From: a virus
Taxonomy: Duplodnaviria > Caudoviricetes
Length of the DNA: 47,824 nucleotides
Reading direction: 5' to 3' (one strand)
Virus record (IMG/VR): IMGVR_UViG_3300022666_000356
Span: 1 to 47,824 of that record
In this document: in pieces, positions 1 to 9,253 of the stretch
How the letters are laid out: the number at the start of each line of letters is the position of its first letter
Numbering within the stretch: position 1 is the first letter of the stretch
The notes under the pieces: model-generated
What the model saw: the letters and a program-made list of their open reading frames with translations, nothing else
Databases searched by the model: none
Told to the model about the DNA's origin: nothing
Translations under genes and position numbers: made by a program

Positions 1-228
1 TTAATCCGCCCGTGGTATGTCTGCTGGCTGGTGATCGGGCCGCCGATCTGACCATATAAAAACTGCCAGTAGCCGAACATGCTCCTCACAGACCCAGACC
101 ACATCCCCCGCTTTTTCAAATCTCGCCAGGGCACCGGTGCGCGCCGGAGCGGAACGCATAATTAAACTGACGCCTTTGGTCGCGGGACGATTGCAATATA
201 AACACAACTGCCCAGAAGAATTTTTCAT
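1..228 (-). CDS. Small Zn-binding hypothetical protein
   Basis: ATG at 228 with GGAGGT RBS; CLYC...CEEH; TGcTATAAC extended -10 at 248-256 on - strand. Confidence 0.6.
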   Translation of the reverse strand: MKNSSGQLCLYCNRPATKGVSLIMRSAPARTGALARFEKAGDVVWVCEEHVRLLAVFIWSDRRPDHQPADIPRAD

Positions 229-361
229 AAGCACCTCCGTTTTACTTGTTATAGCATTTTTTCGACAATTTGCAGGCAATTGTTTGACAAGTAATAAAAA
301 GCCTATCTATGGCCTACAGGCCTTGTAACACAGTTGTAACGTGAGCACTTAAAAGGTAACG

Positions 362-367
362 TATAAT
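362..367 (+). promoter_or_regulatory. Candidate late promoter -10 box
   Basis: Perfect TATAAT upstream of the late operon; no good -35. Confidence 0.4.
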
Positions 368-400
368 TAGAGCACGTCATACAAACATTGGAAACGAGGT

Positions 401-508
401 ATGAGCAACGAGGAAGAGCTCCGTGATTTTTTCATTGTTGTTCGGAGAGCGCTGTTATTAATTGTAGGATGGATTGAGAAACGCTATAAATTAGCCAAAA
501 CTGAATAA
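401..508 (+). CDS. 35-aa amphipathic peptide (leader peptide or type I toxin-like), not in ORF track
   Basis: Translated by hand: MSNEEELRDFFIVVRRALLLIVGWIEKRYKLAKTE, double stop TAATAG. Confidence 0.55.
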   Translation: MSNEEELRDFFIVVRRALLLIVGWIEKRYKLAKTE

Positions 509-530
509 TAGGGCCGCATCTTTTTAGATC

Positions 531-600
531 CCGCCCACCGTACGAGAGCCGCCGGTGCTTGCACCGCCCGCCCTTACGGTGGGCGGTTTTTATTTTTTTT
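531..600 (+). terminator. Intrinsic terminator / attenuator before late genes
   Basis: 3' arm ~575-587 pairs with 531-542 (12 bp) or with 563-572, followed by a long T tract. Confidence 0.7.
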
Positions 601-618
601 AACCTCAAGGGGGTCACA

Positions 619-1104
619 ATGAAACGCAGTTTGGTTGTAGCAGGATTGGTATTGGTGTTGGTGTTCGTGGTTGCCGTCGGCGGCGCCGCGGCTCAGGGCG
701 GAGTCCCGCCGGCAATCGATCCGGGCCAAGTCCCGGCGCTCCCCGATTTTCTGCGCACTCTCGCCGGCCCGGCCGGATGGGTGCTGCTGGGCGCGTTTGT
801 GTCGGCGATGCTGGCGCGGTGGGAATGGTTTTGTCGTCAGCCCACCGTTTTTAAGAGCCTGGTTCCGGTGGCGCTGGCGGCCGTGCTTTCGATTGGGGCT
901 CAGTTGCTGCTCACCTATGTTCCGGTCACGTTTTGGGCAGCGATCGCGCCGTATTGGACGATTGTGGCCGGGGCGGCCGTGACATGGTTGGGGAGCCAGG
1001 GTTGGTTCCAACTGGTTGAGAAACCTGCGCAGGCCCCCAAGCTCCGGGGGGCTTCTGTATTGCAGATGGCGCGGATGATCAGTGATCAGGCGGCGAAAAA
1101 ATGA
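619..1104 (+). CDS. Membrane protein, holin-like
   Basis: ATG 619 after AAGGGGG; signal-like N-terminus plus three hydrophobic segments; first long late gene. Confidence 0.6.
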   Translation: MKRSLVVAGLVLVLVFVVAVGGAAAQGGVPPAIDPGQVPALPDFLRTLAGPAGWVLLGAFVSAMLARWEWFCRQPTVFKSLVPVALAAVLSIGAQLLLTYVPVTFWAAIAPYWTIVAGAAVTWLGSQGWFQLVEKPAQAPKLRGASVLQMARMISDQAAKK

Positions 1105-1415
1105 CTCCGCCGTCCACGCCTCCGCCAATCAACAACCAGGATCTCGACAAGCAGCTGGCGCTGCTGACGCAGACCGTAGAAGGTCTGCGTAAAGACCTGG
1201 AAACAATGGGGTTGTTGCGGGACCAATGGCTACAGGCCAATTTGGGAACCCGTGTTGAAAAGCTCGAAGAGCGCGTTACTGAAATTGAAAAACTTCTCGT
1301 CGATATGCGGCCGGCAATTCGGGGAATGACGGCGGTCGGCGGGATTGTCATTGCGTTGATCATCGGACTGCTTTGGGCCTTGCTCACTGGGCAGGCCCAT
1401 GTGGTGTATCCGTGA
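1101..1415 (+). CDS. Coiled-coil protein with C-terminal TM helix (XhlA/holin-accessory-like)
   Basis: RVEKLEERVTEIEK heptads then GGIVIALIIGLLWALL; ATGA overlap. Confidence 0.6.
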   Translation: MTPPSTPPPINNQDLDKQLALLTQTVEGLRKDLETMGLLRDQWLQANLGTRVEKLEERVTEIEKLLVDMRPAIRGMTAVGGIVIALIIGLLWALLTGQAHVVYP

Positions 1416-1531
1416 ATTCGCAGCGTTGGCCAGCAGATCCGGGCCTGGATGATGCGCTGCTGGTCATCGTCTGGATGCTGCTGATCTGGGCGATTGTCGC
1501 TGGATTGGATATGGTGGGGGGATCATGGTGA
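1412..1531 (+). CDS. 39-aa single-TM peptide, not in ORF track
   Basis: GTGA overlap with previous stop; ALLVIVWMLLIWAIVAGL; fills the gap to the next gene. Confidence 0.4.
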   Translation: MNSQRWPADPGLDDALLVIVWMLLIWAIVAGLDMVGGSW

Positions 1532-1902
1532 AGCGGGCGCGACGTGCGCGGCAGGAATGGAAAACTTGCTCGAATTGCGGTAGGAAATACCGCGGGTCGC
1601 GTTGCCGTAAGTGCCATCCAGGTCGCCCAGGGCGGCGGGGGCCGGGTGGTGACTATGGGGGATCTGGGGGCGGAGGCCGAGGGCGACGGGCCTCCGATGT
1701 GCTGGGGCGGGACGCGCTCCCGGTCAATGCGGATGCGGCGGCCTGCAACCAGGCCGGAGCGGCGGCCGTTTACGACGAGATCCACCCTGGATTGACCAAG
1801 GAGCAGTGGAATATCCTTACGGCGAGACTCGACTCGAATACGCAGGTAATCAATTCCCTGGATGGTGATGATGCAAGTACCCAATATGTTCTTGACTCCT
1901 GA
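1525..1902 (+). CDS. Hypothetical protein with Zn finger and RG-rich segment
   Basis: CSNC...CRKC, then Gly/Arg-rich linker. Confidence 0.5.
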   Translation: MVKRARRARQEWKTCSNCGRKYRGSRCRKCHPGRPGRRGPGGDYGGSGGGGRGRRASDVLGRDALPVNADAAACNQAGAAAVYDEIHPGLTKEQWNILTARLDSNTQVINSLDGDDASTQYVLDS

Positions 1903-2095
1903 GGAATGGGCTGAATTCCATACGTTTCTGGCTAAGGCATTGAGAGATGCCCGAAACGCATTACGGGAAGCACAACCTATTGAGCGCAAAGGCGCAGCAC
2001 CGGTGCTGCGTTATTCGAAGCGGTCTCCGATTGCAATGCGGCCCATCCGACGGCATGAGGTGCAGACTGTACATAGAAGGAAGGGGCGGCGATGA
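1862..2095 (+). CDS. Hypothetical basic protein
   Basis: Fills operon gap, ATGA overlap with next gene; start uncertain. Confidence 0.4.
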   Translation: MVMMQVPNMFLTPEEWAEFHTFLAKALRDARNALREAQPIERKGAAPVLRYSKRSPIAMRPIRRHEVQTVHRRKGRR

Positions 2096-2484
2096 CTGAC
2101 AAATATACTCCCAGTGATCTATTGACCATGGCTGAAGAGCTGGCTGCAATGTATATCGAGCTGGCCAATCTCAAAATAAAACGGGCAGATCCTGTCAGCG
2201 AATACGACAAGGCCTATATGGAGAGCTATGGAGATAGCTACGATCGTCACACTCAAGAAGCCATGAAGCGCATGCATAAAACCATTGAGCAGACGAAGGT
2301 GAATCTCGATGCACAGATCATCAGGTTGGAAGCCACAATCCGCGGCGCTGAGCTGCGGTTTGACGCTGCTAAGTTTATGTTTTCCCATCCCTATTACATC
2401 GGGATAGATATGGGGGCTCCTGGTGGTGATCGGTCGGTATCTCGCATCGGTGAAATAGAAAGGAGCGGCGATGAACGCCGTTAA
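2092..2484 (+). CDS. Coiled-coil hypothetical protein (paralog of next gene)
   Basis: Good RBS; shares LYI...PV.(D)EY...RL.A.I.G.ELR.DA.K pattern with 2471-2854. Confidence 0.65.
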   Translation: MTDKYTPSDLLTMAEELAAMYIELANLKIKRADPVSEYDKAYMESYGDSYDRHTQEAMKRMHKTIEQTKVNLDAQIIRLEATIRGAELRFDAAKFMFSHPYYIGIDMGAPGGDRSVSRIGEIERSGDERR

Positions 2485-2854
2485 AGCAGTTGTGCAGATT
2501 GATTCAAAAGTAATCAATGAGGCGATTGCTAAACATATCATTGAGCGTAACGACATGCTGTTGGATCAGGCAAATGCATTGAGCAACTTATACATTGCCA
2601 TGACAGAGCTTGAGATCCAGATCAAGAATCCGGTTTGTGATGAATACATTGATAGGATTCATTCCTTGGGCCGTCGCTTATCTACTCGCGAAGCGACTGA
2701 TGAAGAAATCGATGAATACAGCCGACTCAATAAAAACCGGGCTGAGATCGTTGCTCAACTTGAGGTAAAACGAATGAGGCTCTTAGCCCGGATCAAAGGG
2801 GAAGAGCTTCGGTATGACGCTATGAAAACCGTGGTGATTGGTAATGAGCGCTAA
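2471..2854 (+). CDS. Coiled-coil hypothetical protein (paralog of previous gene)
   Basis: AAAGGAG RBS; visible similarity to 2092-2484. Confidence 0.65.
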   Translation: MNAVKAVVQIDSKVINEAIAKHIIERNDMLLDQANALSNLYIAMTELEIQIKNPVCDEYIDRIHSLGRRLSTREATDEEIDEYSRLNKNRAEIVAQLEVKRMRLLARIKGEELRYDAMKTVVIGNER

Positions 2855-3200
2855 CTATTTTGAACGGCTTCAATTCGAGCTGGCCGACAATGTCGACCGG
2901 CTCGTTGCTGCGCGGAAGCTGTTGATGGATATGGAGAATGCGCTGGCTGAGATGCAGTGGATTGCATTCAAAATTTTCTTTCTATATCCAATTGCAGCGT
3001 TGATCCATCGCATGATCGGGGACGGTCAATCTCCTAACGCGGATTACACCCGCTCATCGTTTCAATCATTGGTTGCAGCGAAGAAAACTGCACCGCAGGC
3101 AATCCGAGACGGAAAGAGATCGATCGCCACGTTGAAAGAAGAGATTGACCGACTTGAGTCGCACATTGAAGTTCTTAAGTTTGAGTTGTGGGGTGAATGA
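2844..3200 (+). CDS. Coiled-coil hypothetical protein
   Basis: Overlapping operon position; IATLKEEIDRLESHIEVLK heptads. Confidence 0.55.
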   Translation: MSANYFERLQFELADNVDRLVAARKLLMDMENALAEMQWIAFKIFFLYPIAALIHRMIGDGQSPNADYTRSSFQSLVAAKKTAPQAIRDGKRSIATLKEEIDRLESHIEVLKFELWGE

Positions 3201-3556
3201 TGCCACTTCGACCTTGTGCCTACCCTGGGTGCAGTGCGTTGGTGCGGCGCGGCTACTGCGAGAAACACGCAGCGGCAGCAAAGAAGCGCTTCGCACCCAG
3301 GGATCAGGAAAGCAGGGAAACCCATCAGCTTTATGGCCGGGCGTGGCAACGGCGTCGAAAGGTGCACCTGGCCGCCCATCCCTGGTGTGAGGACTGCCTG
3401 GCCAATGGGGTACACACCCCGGCCACCGACGTGCACCACGTCGTGCGGCACAAGGGTGATCCGGTTCTGTTTGCAACCAGTCCCTTGCTCTCCCTTTGCC
3501 ATAAGTGCCACTCTCGCCGGACGGCGGGGGAGGTACGGCAGGGGGAGAGGGGGTAA
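3197..3556 (+). CDS. HNH endonuclease (terminase-associated, HK97 gp74-like)
   Basis: CAYPGC..YCEKH, CEDC, DVHHV, LCHKCH; directly upstream of terminase. Confidence 0.9.
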   Translation: MMPLRPCAYPGCSALVRRGYCEKHAAAAKKRFAPRDQESRETHQLYGRAWQRRRKVHLAAHPWCEDCLANGVHTPATDVHHVVRHKGDPVLFATSPLLSLCHKCHSRRTAGEVRQGERG

Positions 3557-3630
3557 TAAAGTTTTCAAGTAGGGATTGTCGAGCGCAAGGGTGCCTCGGC
3601 GTGAAAAAAATTCCCAATGTGAGAAATTCG
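3540..3630 (+). other. Probable cos packaging region
   Basis: G-rich run, AAAGTTTT and GTGAAAAAAATTCCC between HNH and small terminase; position typical of HK97-like cos phages; cut site not identifiable. Confidence 0.4.
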
Positions 3631-3632
3631 AG

Positions 3633-4190
3633 ATGCCGGCGCGAAAACCACAGGGCCTGAAGGCCCGTCACGACACGAAAGACGAAATCGAGCAGCGCGA
3701 AGCTGCTGAGGCGGCGATGACTCCTGACCGAAGCCTCCCGATGAGTGCGCCGGCAAAACTGGATGGGCATGAAGTGGCCGCGGCTACCTGGCGGAGGTTA
3801 ATGCGGATCTATGGGGAATTAAAGGCCCAGCTGGTCAGCTTGTTGGATATGGATCTCTTGATCCATTACTGCATTGTCTCTGAGCAGGTGGTGGAGTTGG
3901 ACGCCATGCGAACGGCCTCGTTCAAGTTGTGGGCCGATCTCCAGCGGGCCTACGAGAAGCTGCCGCCAGAGATCGACTTTGACATAAAGCTCTCCTTTAT
4001 TGGAAAGCTGCAACAGGCTCAGAACGATATTCGCTCACTGGATGCACGGTGCGATCAGAAGCGTCGCTTGCTACATCAGTTTGAGCAGTCGCTGTATCTG
4101 ACCCCCAGGTCGCGGGCCGGGGTGTTGCCGGAAGGGAAAGACAAAGAGCCGCCCAAGGATGCCCTTGAGCAGCTGCTGGATGAAGAGTAA
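3633..4190 (+). CDS. terS: Terminase small subunit (P27-like)
   Basis: MPARKP start, A..W.R, LLD.DLL..YC, LYLTPRSRA; position before terL. Confidence 0.8.
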   Translation: MPARKPQGLKARHDTKDEIEQREAAEAAMTPDRSLPMSAPAKLDGHEVAAATWRRLMRIYGELKAQLVSLLDMDLLIHYCIVSEQVVELDAMRTASFKLWADLQRAYEKLPPEIDFDIKLSFIGKLQQAQNDIRSLDARCDQKRRLLHQFEQSLYLTPRSRAGVLPEGKDKEPPKDALEQLLDEE

Positions 4191-5779
4191 TGTACGACGA
4201 AAAAAAGGCTGACCGTGTAGTGCGATTTTTTCAAAGCCTGAAACATACCAAGGGGACGTTTCACGGCCAGCCCTTCACGTTGCTTTCCTGGGAACGTGAT
4301 GTGGTGTGCCCTGTTTATGGCACAGTCAATCAATCCGGCCTGCGGGTTGTGAAATATGTATACGTGGAGATCCCGAAAAAGAACGGGAAGAGCGAACTTT
4401 GCGCGGGCGCCGGCCTCTACCATACCTTTGCCGACGGCGAGAAAAACGGCGAGGTTTATGGGTGCGCCGCCGATCGGCAGCAGGCCAGCATTGTTTTTGA
4501 TGTTGCGGTGGATATGGTCGACCAGCTCCCGGCGCTGAAGAAGCGCACGAAGCTGAGACTTAGCCAGAAACGGCTTATCGATACGGTTAGCGGAACATAT
4601 TATCAGGTTCTATCAGCCGAAGCTTTTACAAAGCACGGCTTGAATTTATCCGCGTGCATCTTCGACGAGCTGCACGCGCAACCGTCCCGCGATCTGTGGG
4701 ACGTGATGACCTTCGGCGCTGGCGATGCGCGCCGGCAACCGATCTGGTGGATTGTCACCACTGCCGGCGATGATCCCGATCGGGTTTCCATCGGCTGGGA
4801 ACAGCACGAATATGCCATGAAGGTGTTGGCAGGAGAGGTCATCGATCCTACCTGGTTCCCGGTGATCTATAGCTACGATGGGGACGATATTTTCAACGAG
4901 GAAAATTGGGCGAAGGCCAACCCGTCCCTGGGCCATACCATCCAGGTGGAGACGATCCGAGAAGCTGCGGAAAGAGCGCGGAATAAACCCGCCGAAGAGA
5001 AGCTTTTCCGCTGGCTGCGGCTTAACCAATGGCTGACGACCAAGCTCACTACCTGGCTTCCTCTGAATTTATTCGATGAGGCGGCCGCCGCCTGGACCAA
5101 CTCCGGGATAAAGCGGGCCGATCTGGCGGGCCGGATCTGCTATCTGGGGATGGACCTCTCCAGCACTACCGACCTGACGGCGCTGGCGTTGATCTTCCCC
5201 CCCCAGGGAGAGCAGCTGAACTGGGTCATCATTTGGGAAGCGTTTATTCCCCGCGAAGGGATGAAAGAGCGTGTGGCAAAGGATCACGTTCCCTATGATT
5301 TCTGGGAAAAACAGGGCTGGATCAATGTTACTGAGGGGGATGTCGTCGATTACACCCGGGTAGAGGCCAGAATATTGGAACTCAAGGCGCTCTACGATGT
5401 TCAGGAAATCGACAGTGACCCGGCCTTCGCGGCGATGTTGCTCCAGAGACTGGAGCAGGCAGGCCTGACCTGTGTCGCAGTCCCCCAGACATTTATCGGC
5501 CTCACCGACGCCATGAACCAGTTCGAGGTCGTCCTGCGGGAGCACAAAGTGGCCGTAGAGCCCAACCCCGTGGCCCGCTGGTGTTTCGGCAACACCAGCA
5601 TTGCGAAAAACGGGTCTGGCCTGATCAAGTTCGTCAAAGAGAGCAAAGGAAAATCGGTGGTCAGGACAAAGAGGATCGACGTGATGGCTGCCGCGATCTC
5701 TGCGATGGCCCGGGCGAGGTTTCATAAAGTGTCTATCGATCTCAGTGAGATCGTGAAATCAAAGGACTGGGGGATGTGA
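4190..5779 (+). CDS. terL: Terminase large subunit
   Basis: Walker A IPKKNGKS, Walker B IFDELHA, WAKANPSLG, GMDLSSTTDLTA, KRID. Confidence 0.97.
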   Translation: MYDEKKADRVVRFFQSLKHTKGTFHGQPFTLLSWERDVVCPVYGTVNQSGLRVVKYVYVEIPKKNGKSELCAGAGLYHTFADGEKNGEVYGCAADRQQASIVFDVAVDMVDQLPALKKRTKLRLSQKRLIDTVSGTYYQVLSAEAFTKHGLNLSACIFDELHAQPSRDLWDVMTFGAGDARRQPIWWIVTTAGDDPDRVSIGWEQHEYAMKVLAGEVIDPTWFPVIYSYDGDDIFNEENWAKANPSLGHTIQVETIREAAERARNKPAEEKLFRWLRLNQWLTTKLTTWLPLNLFDEAAAAWTNSGIKRADLAGRICYLGMDLSSTTDLTALALIFPPQGEQLNWVIIWEAFIPREGMKERVAKDHVPYDFWEKQGWINVTEGDVVDYTRVEARILELKALYDVQEIDSDPAFAAMLLQRLEQAGLTCVAVPQTFIGLTDAMNQFEVVLREHKVAVEPNPVARWCFGNTSIAKNGSGLIKFVKESKGKSVVRTKRIDVMAAAISAMARARFHKVSIDLSEIVKSKDWGM

Positions 5780-5955
5780 TGCGGAAATACATCGGGGACG
5801 TGTTGGTTGTAGTTGGATGCGCCCTTTTGATTTGGGGTACATATCAAATATGCCCCATGGCGGCCCCGATGGTGGCGGGATTGCTGGCGATCGCCGGCGG
5901 GATCGTCCTGGATGTGACCGTAGACAGTGGAACGGAGGCCCCACGTGCTCATTAA
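5779..5955 (+). CDS. 58-aa two-TM protein between terL and portal, not in ORF track
   Basis: MRKYIGDVLVVVGCALLIWGTYQICPMAAPMVAGLLAIAGGIVL...; TGATG overlap; usual position in HK97-like phages. Confidence 0.65.
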   Translation: MRKYIGDVLVVVGCALLIWGTYQICPMAAPMVAGLLAIAGGIVLDVTVDSGTEAPRAH

Positions 5956-7189
5956 GCGCTTCTTAAATGCGGTTTTTCCCCAGGTGCCGGATGTAATGTC
6001 GGTGCCGGAGCTGGTCAATGTGACGGGCGGCTCGTCAACACTGTCGGGCCAGTCGGTGACGGCCGAAAACAGCCGGAATATTCACACCGCCTATCGGTGC
6101 ATCAACATTCTATCCGACGACCTGGCAAAAATGGCCTTACAGACATTTACCAGCCGGGGAGCAGGGCAGGTGGATCGCGTGCGGCCGGATAGCCGACGGC
6201 AAAACATCGCCTGGTTATTGGAGGTCAGCCCCAACAGGTGGATGACTCCGTTCGTTTTTAACAAAACGTTGATGATGTGGTTGATAACCTGGGGGGCGGC
6301 CTATGTGTGGACCCCCAGGTTAATGCCGGGAACGCGCCGGGAGATGTTCATCCTACGGACGGACCAGGTTTATCCGTATATGAACAAGGAAGGGGATCTC
6401 TGGTATCACGTCAGTTTCTCCAATGGAGAACCCCAGTGGATTCCCTCAGTCGAGGTGTGGTCTGTGCTACTGAATTCCATCGATGGCGTTACCGGCCGCG
6501 CCCCCATATCCTACGCCAGGGAGACGATTGGTAGGCAGTTGGGGGCCCACGAAACACAATCAAAGTTCTACGCCCAGGGATTGAACCCGGGTGGCATTAT
6601 GTGGATGAGTGGAGATTTGGACTTTGGCGGGCGGCAGGCAGTTCGAGACAAATTCGAGGAAGCGATCGGCGGTTCTAACAATGCTTACCGTCTGGTGGTG
6701 TTGGATAACAAAGCTACGAAATTTGAACCCATAACCATGAAGCCCGTGGATGCTCAATTCCTGGAGAGCATCCAGCAGAATGATATGGAGATTGCGAATT
6801 ACTTCGGGATTCCCCTGTACAAACTGAACCAGGGGAAGCAATCGTATAACTCCAATGAGCAGGCTGATCTCGATTATCTAAAAACGACCCTGGACCCATA
6901 TTTGGTCCAGTGGGAACAGGCGGCGGCGAGGTATTGGCTTTCCGAAAGCGAGCAGGATTACACCTATTTCCGGTTCAATCGGGACAGTTTGCTACGTACT
7001 GACGCCAAAACGCGGGCCGATTATCTGAATACCCGCATTATGTCCGGGCAATTAACGCCCAATGAGGCCCGCCAGATCGAGGATTTACCGCAATTCCCTG
7101 GTGGGGACAAGCACTATCTTCCGTCAAACATGGCCCAGGTCGGCCCGGATGGCGGCCTATTGATGGCCGGTCCGCAGCAGCAGAAATAA
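5945..7189 (+). CDS. Portal protein, HK97 family
   Basis: AYRCINILSDDLAK, PNRWMT, DAQFLES, TPNEARQIEDLP; GTG 5945 with GGAGG. Confidence 0.95.
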   Translation: MLIKRFLNAVFPQVPDVMSVPELVNVTGGSSTLSGQSVTAENSRNIHTAYRCINILSDDLAKMALQTFTSRGAGQVDRVRPDSRRQNIAWLLEVSPNRWMTPFVFNKTLMMWLITWGAAYVWTPRLMPGTRREMFILRTDQVYPYMNKEGDLWYHVSFSNGEPQWIPSVEVWSVLLNSIDGVTGRAPISYARETIGRQLGAHETQSKFYAQGLNPGGIMWMSGDLDFGGRQAVRDKFEEAIGGSNNAYRLVVLDNKATKFEPITMKPVDAQFLESIQQNDMEIANYFGIPLYKLNQGKQSYNSNEQADLDYLKTTLDPYLVQWEQAAARYWLSESEQDYTYFRFNRDSLLRTDAKTRADYLNTRIMSGQLTPNEARQIEDLPQFPGGDKHYLPSNMAQVGPDGGLLMAGPQQQK

Positions 7190-7198
7190 GGGGGAAAT

Positions 7199-7972
7199 AT
7201 GCAACCAATTCGATGTTTTGAGGGCAGCGCCCGGCCACAGGAGCGCTTTTGGACGTTTAAAGATGCCGCCGGTGCCGCCGAAGAGCCGGAATTGGAGCTC
7301 TACGGGGTCATCAGTGAATACTCGTGGTGGGGTGATGAAGTCACCCCCCAGATGTTTCGTGACGATCTCCAAAAATACGGCAAGGGAGGGCCTGTGACGG
7401 TGAGGATCAACTCGGTGGGCGGCGAGTTGGTAGCGGCCAGCGTCATGCGGGCCGCATTAATCGATTACAAGGGCCGGATCACGGTGCGGATCGATGGGCT
7501 GGCGGCCAGCGCTGCCACGCTTGTAGCGCTCGCCGGCGACACCATAAAAATTCAGGATTCTGGATTTTTTATGATCCATGATCCGTCGATGTCCTTCTGG
7601 TTCCAGAGTGTCAATATCGACGAGATGACGCGGATGCTGGATGAGCTGAAGCGCATTAAATCCAGCCTGGTGGATATCTACGCGGAGAAAACCGGGCTCA
7701 GTAAGGCCCGGCTGGAGAAATTATTGAGCAACGAGACCTGGCTCACCGCCAGGGAGGCCGTTGATCTCGGATTTGCCGACGAAGTGATTACCGGATCGAA
7801 AAAGGAGAAGAAACCGGATCAGGAGCCACAAAACAAGGCCTTTACCAACGTTTTACGGACCTATGCGAACGTTCCGACTGCCCTACTGACCAATGTGCAG
7901 CCGGTTAACCTGGCGGAGGAGTCGCCCGATTTGGCGCGCCTCCGCGCTGAAGCCAAAATCTTGATGGGGTGA
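7199..7972 (+). CDS. Prohead maturation protease, ClpP family
   Basis: RINSVGG, IDGLAASAA, FMIHDP, ETWLTAREAVDLGFAD. Confidence 0.95.
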   Translation: MQPIRCFEGSARPQERFWTFKDAAGAAEEPELELYGVISEYSWWGDEVTPQMFRDDLQKYGKGGPVTVRINSVGGELVAASVMRAALIDYKGRITVRIDGLAASAATLVALAGDTIKIQDSGFFMIHDPSMSFWFQSVNIDEMTRMLDELKRIKSSLVDIYAEKTGLSKARLEKLLSNETWLTAREAVDLGFADEVITGSKKEKKPDQEPQNKAFTNVLRTYANVPTALLTNVQPVNLAEESPDLARLRAEAKILMG

Positions 7973-7976
7973 AAAC

Positions 7977-9242
7977 ATGAGTGGTAATTTACGGCGGTTG
8001 TACGATCTGGCTAACGCGACTGCATTGCGAGTCCAAGACATTGCAACGCAGATCAACGATCACCTCGACCGAAACGAGAACGATCAGGCCATTGCGCTGC
8101 GTTCGGACCTGGACAAGGCAAAGAAAGACGCTGATGAGGCCAGCCAGCTTTATCTTTCGATGGTAGCTGCGTCCCAGGGAGAAGGCGGCGATCCGGCGCA
8201 GCGCTTCGTCCCGATGGGCGGCGACACCGAGCCGCCCCAGGTGCGCGATCTGCGGGGCTCGCGGGAGTATGTGCAGGAATTTTTTCAGGCCCTGAAGGTC
8301 GGCGCGTCTCCCAAGAGCATTCTGGGGGGAATGCACCGGGCTGAAAACTTTGGCCGGCTGCTCAACGCATTGACCGAAACCGGGGGCAGCCCGGCGGGGT
8401 CCGAGGGGGGCTTTTTGCTCCCCATCGATTTCGACAACATGATCAAGGAGCTGCAGCGGCAGGCTGTCGATCTGGCTCCCTATGTCAACGTGGAAGAAGT
8501 CACTGCCTATTCCGGATGGCGGGCCGTGGAAACGGCCAAGGCGGCGCTGCCCTTTACGGCGATCAATGAGGCGGATTTCCCCAGTGGGGAGCGGATTCCG
8601 GCCATGGAGAGCCCCACGTTCACCAAGGTTGAGTATACCGTGGTCAACTACGGCGGCTATTTGCCGATCTCCAACGACCTCCTCAGCGATACGCCCGCGA
8701 ACATCATGGCCTATTTGGCCCGGTGGTGTGGGCGAAAGGTCTCGCTCACCAACACCAGCCTGATCCTGGCCCTGATCAACGCGCTCTCTCCGACGGCCGT
8801 CACCGACCACAAAACTACTCTGACGGCGATCAAGACGGCGCTGAACAAGACGTTGGACCCGGCGATTTCGGCCTCGGCCAGCATTTTTACCAACCAGAGC
8901 GGCCTGGAAGTGATGGACCAGTTGGACGACGGCACCGGTCGGCCCTTGCTGCAGCCCGACCCCAGCAGCGCGACCGAGTTCCGCGTCAAGGGCCGCCCTG
9001 TAGTGGTTTTGTCGGATGCTCAGTGGGCCAACCTGGGAACTCCGACCCGCGCCCGGATCGCCATCGGCGACGGTCGCCAGTTTGCCACCTACTTCCGGCG
9101 CTCCGCGCTGGAGATGGCCACGACGGCCATCGGTGGAACCGCCTGGAGAAACAACAACACCGAACTGCGCGCTATTCTGCGCGCAGTGGCGAAGACCATT
9201 GACTCCGGGGCCATGAAGCTGCTGGCCGTCACGCTGCCGTAA
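7977..9242 (+). CDS. Major capsid protein, HK97 fold
   Basis: N-terminal coiled-coil delta domain, EGGFLLP, ISNDLLSD, LDDGTGRPLLQPD. Confidence 0.95.
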   Translation: MSGNLRRLYDLANATALRVQDIATQINDHLDRNENDQAIALRSDLDKAKKDADEASQLYLSMVAASQGEGGDPAQRFVPMGGDTEPPQVRDLRGSREYVQEFFQALKVGASPKSILGGMHRAENFGRLLNALTETGGSPAGSEGGFLLPIDFDNMIKELQRQAVDLAPYVNVEEVTAYSGWRAVETAKAALPFTAINEADFPSGERIPAMESPTFTKVEYTVVNYGGYLPISNDLLSDTPANIMAYLARWCGRKVSLTNTSLILALINALSPTAVTDHKTTLTAIKTALNKTLDPAISASASIFTNQSGLEVMDQLDDGTGRPLLQPDPSSATEFRVKGRPVVVLSDAQWANLGTPTRARIAIGDGRQFATYFRRSALEMATTAIGGTAWRNNNTELRAILRAVAKTIDSGAMKLLAVTLP

Positions 9243-9253
9243 GGAGGCATACG

